From an uncultured Actinomycetota bacterium (lineage in GTDB: Bacteria > Actinomycetota > Actinomycetes > Mycobacteriales > QHCD01), in assembly GCA_963828605.1 (NCBI GenBank), contig CAWHER010000001.1:152204-216203 (forward strand): 64,000 bases of DNA, given 5' to 3'. Positions 52,461-60,634 of the stretch are shown here, piece by piece. The notes below the pieces were generated by a model. The model ran no database searches. It was not told the DNA's origin and saw only the letters and a list, made by a program, of their open reading frames with translations. How positions within the stretch are numbered: position 1 is the first letter of the stretch; every line of letters starts with the position of its first letter. The position numbers and the translations under genes are program-made.

Positions 52461-53659
52461 TGCTGCCCCTTCCAGTGCGGGTTCTCCCAGATGACGCTGC
52501 CGCCCATGCCGATGCCGATGCACATCGCGGTCAGGCCGTAGCGCACCTCGGGGTGGTCGCCGAACTGACGCGCGAGCTGGGTCATCAGCCGGACGCCGGA
52601 GGAGGCGAGCGGGTGGCCCACCGCGATGGCGCCGCCGTAGAGGTTGACCCGCGGGTCGTCGTCGGCGATGCCGAAGTGGTCGAGGAAGGCGAGCACCTGG
52701 ACGGCGAAGGCCTCGTTGAGCTCGAACAGTCCGATGTCCTCGAGCGACAGGCCGGAGCGGGCCAGCACGCGCTCGGTGGCGGGAATCGGCCCGATCCCCA
52801 TCACCTCGGGCTCGACTCCGGTGAAGCCGAAGCCGACCATGCGCATCGCGACCGGAAGCCCGAGTTCCCGCGCGGTGTCCTCGCCGGCGACGAGGCACCC
52901 GGCGGCTCCGTCGTTGAGCCCGGCCGAATTTCCCGCGGTCACCCGGCCGTGCGGCCGGAACGGCGTCGGGAGCCCGGCCAGATCGTCGACCGTCGTCCCG
53001 GGCCGGGGCGGTTCGTCGACGGTCGCGAGGCCCCAGCCGAGCGCGGCCGAGCGGACGGCGACCGGCACCAGGTCGGGCTGGATCCTGCCGTCGGCGTAGG
53101 CCTTGGCGAGCTTCGCCTGACTCGCGGCGGCGAACCGGTCCGCCCGCTCCCGGGTGATCCCGGGCGCCCGGTCGTGCAGGTTCTCCGCGGTCTGGCCCAT
53201 CACCAACGCCGACGGGTCGACCAGCCGCTCGGCGAGGAACCGCGGATTGGGGTCGACGCCGTCGCCCATCGGGTGGTGGCCCATGTGCTCGACCCCGCCG
53301 GCGATCGCGACGTCGTAGGCTCCGGCCGCGATTCCGCTCGCCACCGTCGTGACCGCCGTCATCGCGCCGGCGCACATCCGGTCGATCGCATACCCCGGGA
53401 CCGACGCCGGCAGCCCGGCGAGCAGCGCCGCGGTGCGGCCGATCGTGAGGCCCTGGTCGCCGGTCTGGGTCGTCGCGGCGACCGCCACCTCGTCGACCCG
53501 GTCGGGCGGGAGCTCGGGGTGCCGGCGGAGCAGTTCGCGGATGACCCGGACGATCATGTCGTCGGCCCTGGTCTCGGCGTAGAGCCCGGCCGGGCCGGCC
53601 TTGCCGAACGGGGTGCGGGCACCGTCGACGAAGACGACCTCACGCCTGCTGGCGAGCAT
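52457..53659 (-). CDS. fadA: Acetyl-CoA C-acyltransferase (thiolase)
   Basis: RTPFG, DRMCAG, TAGNS.GLNDGA, NEAFA, GHPL..SG, MCIG.GMG. Confidence 0.93.
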   Translation of the reverse strand: MLASRREVVFVDGARTPFGKAGPAGLYAETRADDMIVRVIRELLRRHPELPPDRVDEVAVAATTQTGDQGLTIGRTAALLAGLPASVPGYAIDRMCAGAMTAVTTVASGIAAGAYDVAIAGGVEHMGHHPMGDGVDPNPRFLAERLVDPSALVMGQTAENLHDRAPGITRERADRFAAASQAKLAKAYADGRIQPDLVPVAVRSAALGWGLATVDEPPRPGTTVDDLAGLPTPFRPHGRVTAGNSAGLNDGAAGCLVAGEDTARELGLPVAMRMVGFGFTGVEPEVMGIGPIPATERVLARSGLSLEDIGLFELNEAFAVQVLAFLDHFGIADDDPRVNLYGGAIAVGHPLASSGVRLMTQLARQFGDHPEVRYGLTAMCIGIGMGGSVIWENPHWKGQQ

Positions 53660-53697
53660 GGACCCTCCCGGATGGACAGCCGGTTGCTGGGCCGATG

Positions 53698-54971
53698 TTA
53701 CCGACCGGTAACCGCGTCGTCGTCACCCTGGACCGATCGCAGGGCGGTGGCGAGCGGGGCGGCGGTGAGCTCGACCTGCCACGGCCGGGCCAGGCGCCCC
53801 CGGAGCTCCCCGGCGACCGTGTCCGTGGTGACCGGCTCGGGCGGTCGCCAGGCCAGTCGGCGTACGGCGTCGGGCGCGACGAGGTTCTCGGTCGGTATTT
53901 CGATCCGTTCGGCCAGACCGGTCATGGCGGTCCGCACGGCCGTCAGCCGCGCAGCGGCCTCCGGGTCGCGGCTGGCCCACCGATTGCTCGGCGGCGGGCC
54001 GTCGGAGTCGCCGGCAGGGGTGGTCGGCGGCAGCTCCGCCGGCGGCCGGGATCGGGCGTCGGCCACCGCCCGCCACCAGCGGCCGAGCAGCCGGCGGTTG
54101 CCCCGTCCGGCGAAGACCGGCAGCGCCCGCAACTCCTCGGCCGAGGTCGGGTCGGCCACCGCGGCACCGATGATCGCCGCGTCGGGGAGCACCCGGCCCG
54201 GCGCGATGTCGCGTTGGCGGGCGATCTCGTCCCGGGCGGTCCACAACGCGCGGACGGTGGCGAGCTGGCGGGCGGACCGGACCTTGTGGATCCCCGAGGT
54301 GCGGCGCCATGGATCCACCCGGGGCGGGGGCGGGGGCGCGGCCACGAGGGCGGCGAACTCCTGGTGGGCCCACTCCAGTCTCCCGGCGGCCTCGAGCGCC
54401 GCGTGCAGCCCGTCCCGGAGCTCGACCAGGAGCTCGACGTCGAGGGCGGCGTAGACCAGCCAGTCGTGCGGGAGCGGGCGGGTGCTCCAGTCCGCCGAAC
54501 CGTGTCCCTTCACCAGGCTGATCCCGAGCACTCGCTCGAGGATCGACGCCAACCCGACCCGCGGGATAGTTCAGGAGCCGCCCGGCCAGTTCGGTGTCGA
54601 AGAGCCGGCGCGGGCGCGTGCCGAGCTCGGCGAGGCACGGCAGATCCTGGCTGGCCGCGTGGATGACCCACTCGGCGTCGGCGAGCGCCCGGTCGAGGGC
54701 GCTCAGGTCCGGGACACCCGACCGGGTCGATGAGCACCGTTCCGGCGCCGGCCCGGCGCAGCTGGACCAGGTAGGCGCGTTGGCCGTAGCGGTAGCCGGA
54801 GGCCCGCTCGGCGTCGACGGCGACCGGTCCCTCGCCCGCGGCGAGGCGCTCGCACACGGCGACCAGCGCGGGTTCGGTCGTCACCGGCTCGGGCACACCG
54901 TCCCGTGGCGCACGCAACACCGGTACGGGGGGAGCGGGCGGACCGTCCGTCGGGATGGGCTCGGCAGCCAC
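53698..54971 (-). pseudogene. rnd: Ribonuclease D (3'-5' exonuclease + HRDC), with two +1 indels near 54712 and 54565, probably assembly errors
   Basis: AVDAERASGYRY..RAYLVQLRR, then HAA.QDLPCL, FDTELAG, then K.H..ADWS.RPLP..WL.YAALDVE and HRDC WRRTSG. Confidence 0.85.
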
Positions 54972-54973
54972 CG

Positions 54974-55681
54974 TCAGCGGATGACCCCCGCGCGCATGAC
55001 GAGGGCGACCATCTCCGCGCGGTCGCCGGTGCCGAGCTTGCGCGCGATCCGAGCCAGGTGGCTCTTGACGGTCAGCGCGGACAGGCTCAGCGCGTCACCG
55101 ATCTCCTTGTTGGACTTCCCGTCGGCGACCAGCCGGAGAACTTCGACCTCGCGGGCGGACAGGTCGGAGACTCCCGAGTCGCTGCGCCCGCCCCGCAGCC
55201 CGGCGGCGAGCAGCGAGGCGACCGACGGGTCGGCGTAGACCCCGCCGTCGAGCACCCGACGGACGCCGTCGGCGACGACCGACGGCGATGCGGACTTGAG
55301 CAGATAGCCCTGGGCGCCTGCGACGAACGCCGCGCGGACGGAGTAGGGGTCGTCGGCGGCGGACAGCACGACCAGGCGGGTCCATCCTGCCTCCCGCAGC
55401 TCGCCGAGCAGGTCCAGACCGTTGCCGTCGGGAAGGCCGAGGTCGAGGACGCACAGGTCGAGTGGGCCGCTGGAGTGGGCGCGGGCACGGGCCTCGGAGA
55501 TGCTCGCCGCCTCATAGACCTGGGACGCCCCCATGGTCTGCAGGCGCGTGATGATCGACTCCCGGAGGAGCGGGTGGTCGTCGACCACCAGCGCGGTGAA
55601 CTGGTCGCCGGTGAACGGCGCCGACGTCACGGGCATCGGGGTCGCCTCGGCCATCTGACCGCTGGCGTTCTCTACTACCAC
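54974..55681 (-). CDS. NarL/LuxR family response regulator
   Basis: VVDDHPL, LDLGLPDG (phospho-Asp), GYLLKS, LS.RE.EVL.LVA.G.SNKEI...TVKSHL; ggagg RBS 7 nt before GTG. Confidence 0.93.
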   Translation of the reverse strand: MVVENASGQMAEATPMPVTSAPFTGDQFTALVVDDHPLLRESIITRLQTMGASQVYEAASISEARARAHSSGPLDLCVLDLGLPDGNGLDLLGELREAGWTRLVVLSAADDPYSVRAAFVAGAQGYLLKSASPSVVADGVRRVLDGGVYADPSVASLLAAGLRGGRSDSGVSDLSAREVEVLRLVADGKSNKEIGDALSLSALTVKSHLARIARKLGTGDRAEMVALVMRAGVIR

Positions 55682-55933
55682 CCTGGGTCCTCCCTGTCCG
55701 CCCCGTGCTCCGGCGGCGTCGTCGATCGTCGGCTCGTGTCAAACGCCGTACGATCGGTCCATATGGAACGGCCACGATGATCCCGTTGCCCACTAGGAAT
55801 GCTACTCCGTTCGGGGTATTTTGTGCTGGGGTTGCGTGGGGATGAGAACGGCACACGCAGCGTCATGGACGACACCGGCTCACCGTGCTCGATCGGCGTG
55901 ACGCGGGAGCCGCGGGAGAAAAGAGGTGCCTGG

Positions 55934-56119
55934 ATGCGGCGACTGGTAGCGAGAATTGCGGCCACTCTGGCGGGACTCGCGCTCGCGGTAGGCATCGCGG
56001 CGACCGGGGGGCACACCGTACGACCCGCTGACGGCTCGTCCTGGAGTCTCGCCGGCTCGTCGTGGAGCTTCTCGGCGGTTCAGCAGCCAGACGTCTGGGG
56101 ACACGCGGACCGGCGGTGA
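55934..56119 (+). CDS. Small secreted peptide (61 aa) with two GSSWS repeats; candidate signalling-peptide precursor
   Basis: aagaggtg RBS, Sec-type signal MRRLVARIAATLAGLALAVGIAA, ADGSSWS-LAGSSWS, GTGA overlap with the next gene. Confidence 0.7.
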   Translation: MRRLVARIAATLAGLALAVGIAATGGHTVRPADGSSWSLAGSSWSFSAVQQPDVWGHADRR

Positions 56120-57537
56120 ACCCTCGGGGGAAGATCCTGCTGACGGCCGGACTGCTCGGGGCGGTCGCGGCCGCCCTGTGCGTCCGCCTCGGCTGGGGCT
56201 CGCCCGCCTGGTGGGCATTGCCCGCCTTTGTCGTTGCCGTCACGGTCGCCGAGTTCGCCACGGTCCGGATGGTGATCGGGCGGCAGGGCTACTCGGTCGC
56301 CCTGACCGACGCGTTCGTCGCGATCGGCTTCGTGCTCGCGCCGGGCGCCTGGATCCCGCTCGGCGTGCTGCTGGCGTTCCTGTTGGCCAACGCCCGCCGG
56401 TCGCCGTGGATCAAGCTCGTCTTCAACCTCACCCAGTACCCCTGCGCCATCGCCGCCGGACTGCTGGTCGCTCAGGCCCTCGGCCAGGGAATTCCGGCTG
56501 CGGCGGTCGGCCTCATCGTCTTCGCGTGCCTGAACTACCTGCTGGTGGCCATCCCCATCGCGATCACCGCGCACCGGCGCTACGCCGCGGTGGTCGCCGA
56601 GACCAGCGGCCTGGGCATGGTCCACGTCGCCGGCAACATCTCCCTCGGCCTGCTGGCCGCCTGGCTGGCCGAGAATGCCCCGCTCGGCCTGCTCGGGCTG
56701 GTCGTCCCGCTGGTCCTCCTGTGGTGGTCCTACCGGCAGCAGACCGAACGCACGGCCGAGGCCAGGCTCTTCGCCGAACTCGCCCGCGGCCGCGAGCAGA
56801 TCGCCGCCACATCGGTCGACACCTCGGCGCACGTGCTGCTCACCGCGGCCGCCCGGCTCTTCGGTGGCGCCGAGATCGAGATGCTGCTGCGCCACCCCGA
56901 CGGACCGGTGCGCTACGTCGGTGACGAGCACGGGGTCATCCGCCGGGAGCGGGTGGACAGCGGCGCCTTCGCCGCCCCCTGGGTGCTGCGCACGATGGGC
57001 GCCCGCGGCGTCCTGACCGGCGTCGACGCCGACCGGCCGTTCTGCTCGGCCGTCCTCGGCGACCCCGGTCGCCCGCTGGCCGTGCTCATCGCGCGGCGGC
57101 CGAGGCGGGCCGGGGGCTTCGAGCGGCTCGACGCCCGGCTCGCGCAGGTGCTGGTCGGTCAGGCCGAGGCGTGGCTCTCGGTCGCGGATCTGGCCGCCCG
57201 GCACGACGTGGCGGTCGGACAGATCGAGGCCTACGGCGACGCCACCCGGGCCCTCGGGGACCTCGGGGCCTACACCGCGCCCGCACTCGTCGTACTCCGG
57301 GAATCGGCGGAGCGGCTGTCCCGCCTCGCCTTCTCCTTCACCGGACCCGATCCGGTGCGGGACATCGTCGACGAACTGCATGCGGTCGAGCGTGCCGTCG
57401 CGTCTCTGCTCGGTGCGGTGGCCCTGACCAGCGAACCCGAGCTGGTCGGCCCTGCCGATGATCGCCGGGCCCCCAGCGTGGGCTCCGACTCCGAGTGGAC
57501 CACGACGGGACGGCTCGACGCAGTCGAGACCCGGTGA
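56116..57537 (+). CDS. Multi-TM membrane sensor (MASE9-like N-terminus, inferred) with a GAF-like cytoplasmic region and no evident catalytic output
   Basis: About 7-8 hydrophobic segments in the first ~210 aa with a KLVFN motif; cytoplasmic region ending in GF...D..L..VL..QA..WL; GTGA overlaps at both ends. Confidence 0.75.
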   Translation: MNPRGKILLTAGLLGAVAAALCVRLGWGSPAWWALPAFVVAVTVAEFATVRMVIGRQGYSVALTDAFVAIGFVLAPGAWIPLGVLLAFLLANARRSPWIKLVFNLTQYPCAIAAGLLVAQALGQGIPAAAVGLIVFACLNYLLVAIPIAITAHRRYAAVVAETSGLGMVHVAGNISLGLLAAWLAENAPLGLLGLVVPLVLLWWSYRQQTERTAEARLFAELARGREQIAATSVDTSAHVLLTAAARLFGGAEIEMLLRHPDGPVRYVGDEHGVIRRERVDSGAFAAPWVLRTMGARGVLTGVDADRPFCSAVLGDPGRPLAVLIARRPRRAGGFERLDARLAQVLVGQAEAWLSVADLAARHDVAVGQIEAYGDATRALGDLGAYTAPALVVLRESAERLSRLAFSFTGPDPVRDIVDELHAVERAVASLLGAVALTSEPELVGPADDRRAPSVGSDSEWTTTGRLDAVETR

Positions 57538-58619
57538 TCCGGGGGCGCCGACAGCGTCTTCTGCCGCTGCCCGCGTGGGTGGCAGTGGTCCTGGGCTCGA
57601 CGACCATCGCGGTGCTCGCGGTGGTCGGCATCATCCTCCGCCTGGGCGGCAACGGGTCCCTCACCGCGGCGCTCATCGCCGGGCTGGGCGTCGGCCTGCT
57701 GATGACCGCCGCCGGGACCGTGGTGGCGCATCGGCTCGGTACCGACATCCGCCGGCTGGCCGCCGCCGCCCTGCACCGGGGTCCCAACCCGGCCGACCCG
57801 CGCGGGCTGTCCGCGGCCGCCGAGCGGATCAGCGAGCTGCAGGAGATGGGCCGGCTGCTCGATGCCCTGCAGTTGCGGGCCCGGGTGGCCGAGGAGATGG
57901 CCGAGCAGGCGCAGCGCTCGGCGCACACGGCCGGCGCCGGGATGTTCGAGCTGCTCTCCGGCCTGGTCGCGGCCGAGGAGGCCACCCGGGGCCAGCTCTC
58001 GGCGGACCTGCACGACACCGTCGCCCAGACGCTGATGGCCGCCCGCTCCCTGCTGGGGGCCCCGGAGGGACAACAGGGCGCGTGGGAGCGGGTCCGGGAA
58101 TTCGTCGAGGACGCCGAGGAACAGCTGCGCGCCGCGATGGCCCGGACCAGGCCCCCCGAGCTGCGGGACGGCGACCTGGCGTCAGCGGTCGCGGGACTGC
58201 GGCGGGAGATGGCGGCCCGATACCTGCTCGACGTGTCTCTCGACTGGCCGACCGAGCCCTACCCGCTGCCCCTGGTCTCGGCCGTGACGATCTACCGGTT
58301 CTTCCAGGAAGGTCTGCTCAACGTCGTCAAGCACGCCGACGTCGACGAGGCGCGCGCCTCGCTGTCGATCGAGGGTGACTATCTCGTCGCACGGGTGGCC
58401 GACGACGGGCCTGGATTCGACCCCGGTGCGGTGCAGTCCACGGGCGGACGGCACGTCGGGCTCGGGCTGCTCCGCGAGCGCGCCCGGCTCGCGGGCGGGA
58501 GCCTCGGGGTCACGTCGGCGCTGGGCAAGGGGACGGTGCTGACGCTCCGGCTGTCGCTCACCCCGCAGTCGCCGGCCCGGGACCCGGGACGGGCCACCAC
58601 CGCGAGCGACCTGGCCTAG
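57534..58619 (+). CDS. Sensor histidine kinase, HisKA_3 (NarX/DesK/ComP-type)
   Basis: Two TMs with almost no loop; H-box ADLHDTVAQ, N-box QEGLLNVVKHA, G1 DDGPGFD, G2 GLGLLRER. Confidence 0.92.
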   Translation: MIRGRRQRLLPLPAWVAVVLGSTTIAVLAVVGIILRLGGNGSLTAALIAGLGVGLLMTAAGTVVAHRLGTDIRRLAAAALHRGPNPADPRGLSAAAERISELQEMGRLLDALQLRARVAEEMAEQAQRSAHTAGAGMFELLSGLVAAEEATRGQLSADLHDTVAQTLMAARSLLGAPEGQQGAWERVREFVEDAEEQLRAAMARTRPPELRDGDLASAVAGLRREMAARYLLDVSLDWPTEPYPLPLVSAVTIYRFFQEGLLNVVKHADVDEARASLSIEGDYLVARVADDGPGFDPGAVQSTGGRHVGLGLLRERARLAGGSLGVTSALGKGTVLTLRLSLTPQSPARDPGRATTASDLA

Positions 58620-59200
58620 GGCTGGCGGACGGTCCCGGCCCGGCTGGGCAGGCTCACGACCCCGGACGGGGGAAGCCCGGCGGCGGTGCAGAGCAGGTCC
58701 GCCCAGGCCGACAGGTGCGGCCGCAGGTCGGGGTCCAGCGGGGTCCAGGAGGCCCGGATCTCCACACCGACCGTGTGGGCCGGACCGGCGAGGTCGCCGA
58801 ACCGCTCGGACGCGGTCTGCGTCACGGTCCCGCCCGCCGCGGTGTAACGCGCGCCCTTCTCGGTGAGCGACTCCACGAGCCAGCTCCAGGCCACCTCGGC
58901 CAGCAGCGGATCGTGGGCCATGTCCGCGTCGAGCTCGGTGCTGGCGTAGGTCACCAGGCGCAGCGTGCCGCCCCAGGCGCCGATGCTGTCCGGGTCGCCG
59001 AGCAGCACCAGCCGGCCGGTGGCCGGGACGTCGGCGCCGACCTCGATCTCGGCGCTGAGGGCGTGCGACCAGGGGGCGAGCCGCTGCGGGGGACTGATCT
59101 GCTCGAGGGTGATCTCAGGACGCAGCGCACACGAGGAGAGACTGGCGACCGCTCGCGCGAAATCGATGGGCGCCGCAGCACTCCGATGAGACCCGGCCAC
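58616..59200 (-). CDS. DUF3000 domain protein
   Basis: LRPEI.L...P.RLAP, ATGRLVLL.DP...W.G..R, EVAWSWL, EIRASWTP; TAGGCT-N6-GTG. Confidence 0.9.
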   Translation of the reverse strand: MAGSHRSAAAPIDFARAVASLSSCALRPEITLEQISPPQRLAPWSHALSAEIEVGADVPATGRLVLLGDPDSIGAWGGTLRLVTYASTELDADMAHDPLLAEVAWSWLVESLTEKGARYTAAGGTVTQTASERFGDLAGPAHTVGVEIRASWTPLDPDLRPHLSAWADLLCTAAGLPPSGVVSLPSRAGTVRQP

Positions 59201-59256
59201 GGCCCGAGCCTACGACCGCGTGCGGGTCCGGAGGGCCCGGCGCGCCGGATGAATGC

Positions 59257-59448
59257 TCACGCGGCGACGTCGATGCTGATCTCGGCCGTCGGAACGAGCA
59301 CGATGCCCATGGTGATCACGGAGCCGCACTCCGTGCAGACGTAGTCGGGGCACTCCGCACCGTGACCATCGCGGCACGGCGGTGCCTCGAACGCCTCCTC
59401 CTGATCGCAGATCCCGCAGTGACGCCAGGTCAGCGACGCCGTCGACAT
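59257..59448 (-). CDS. Small Cys-rich, probably Zn-binding protein (63 aa)
   Basis: C-terminal part of ORF 59257..60042: HCGIC...[23 protein letters not shown]; gaggg RBS. Confidence 0.7.
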   Translation of the reverse strand: MSTASLTWRHCGICDQEEAFEAPPCRDGHGAECPDYVCTECGSVITMGIVLVPTAEISIDVAA

Positions 59449-59557
59449 GCTGCCCTCACCGTCCTCACGTGTCTCGTTCGTGACGGTGCCACGACGCGGT
59501 GACCGTGTCCCGGAGGCGGCGCGGCGTGTCGGAGCCTGCGTGGGACGATGGGTCGTG

Positions 59558-60634
59558 ATGATCTCCCCCTCCCGTACCAGCACGGTCGGCCCGACCGGCA
59601 CCGGCGGCGCGGTCCAGGAATCGGCCCTGGTCCGGGCCGCGAACGGGCTGCCGACGACCCGGACCCCGGTCTGGTTCATGCGGCAGGCCGGCCGCTCCCT
59701 GCCGGAGTACCACGCCGTCCGGGCCGGCGTACCGATGCTCGAGGCGTGCCGGCGTCCGGAGCTGATCGCGACCATCACCCTGCAGCCGGTCCATCGGCAC
59801 CAGGTGGACGCGGCCGTGCTGTTCTCCGACATCGTGGTGCCGCTCGTCGCCAGCGGTCTGGCGATCGACATCGCGCCCGGCGTCGGGCCCGTGCTGGCCG
59901 ACCCGATCCGCAGCCGGGCCGACCTCGACCGGGTCCGGCCGCCCGACCCGGAGGAGATCGGCTTCGTCGCCGACGCCGTGCGTCTGGTCGTGGGCGAGCT
60001 CGGCGACGTCCCGCTGGTGGGATTCGCGGGGGCGCCGTTCACCCTGGCGAGCTACCTCATCGAGGGCGGCCCGTCCCGGTCGCACGCCCGGACGAAGGCG
60101 CTGATGCACGGCGACCCGGAGCTGTGGAGCGCGCTGCTCGATCGGCTCGCCGACACCGCCCTGGTGACGCTGCGGTCCCAGATCACGGCCGGCGCCTCCG
60201 TGGTGCAGCTCTTCGACTCCTGGGCCGGGGCGCTCTCCGACGCGGACTACCGGCGCTTCGTGCTGCCGCACAGCCGCAAGGTGCTCGCCGGGGTGGCGGA
60301 TCTGTCTGTGCCGCGGATCCATTTCGGCGTCGGCGCGGGAGAACTGCTGCCCGCCATGGCGGAGGCCGGGGCGGACGTCGTCGGCGTCGACTGGCGGATC
60401 CCGCTCGACGAGGCGGCCCGGCGCGTCCCTGGCCGGGCCCTGCAGGGCAATCTCGACCCGGCCCTGCTGCTGGCCGACTGGGCGGTCATCGAGCCCGAGG
60501 TGCGCCGGATCCTCAGCGAAGGCCGGGCCGCACCCGGGCACATCTTCAACCTCGGCCACGGAGTGCTGCCGGAGACCGAACCGGACGTGCTGACCCGGGT
60601 CGTCGAGCTGGTGCACGAGGTCTCGACCAGCTGA
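59558..60634 (+). CDS. hemE: Uroporphyrinogen decarboxylase (start approximate)
   Basis: [48 protein letters not shown]. Confidence 0.96.
   Translation: MISPSRTSTVGPTGTGGAVQESALVRAANGLPTTRTPVWFMRQAGRSLPEYHAVRAGVPMLEACRRPELIATITLQPVHRHQVDAAVLFSDIVVPLVASGLAIDIAPGVGPVLADPIRSRADLDRVRPPDPEEIGFVADAVRLVVGELGDVPLVGFAGAPFTLASYLIEGGPSRSHARTKALMHGDPELWSALLDRLADTALVTLRSQITAGASVVQLFDSWAGALSDADYRRFVLPHSRKVLAGVADLSVPRIHFGVGAGELLPAMAEAGADVVGVDWRIPLDEAARRVPGRALQGNLDPALLLADWAVIEPEVRRILSEGRAAPGHIFNLGHGVLPETEPDVLTRVVELVHEVSTS

Noticed and set aside
50333-54971. Programmed ribosomal frameshifting in fadB/rnd
   Set aside because: Multiple shifts per gene in both directions with no slippery heptamers; sequence error is simpler.
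55765-55788. ECF promoter for the peptide operon (GGAAC...GTTG)
   Set aside because: The spacer is 15 nt, shorter than the 17-18 nt seen at the two credible sites.
55934-56119. RiPP precursor (e.g. Trp-crosslinked or lanthipeptide)
   Set aside because: No radical SAM, P450, YcaO, Lan or transporter gene nearby, and the leader looks like a Sec signal peptide. A distant modifying enzyme cannot be excluded.
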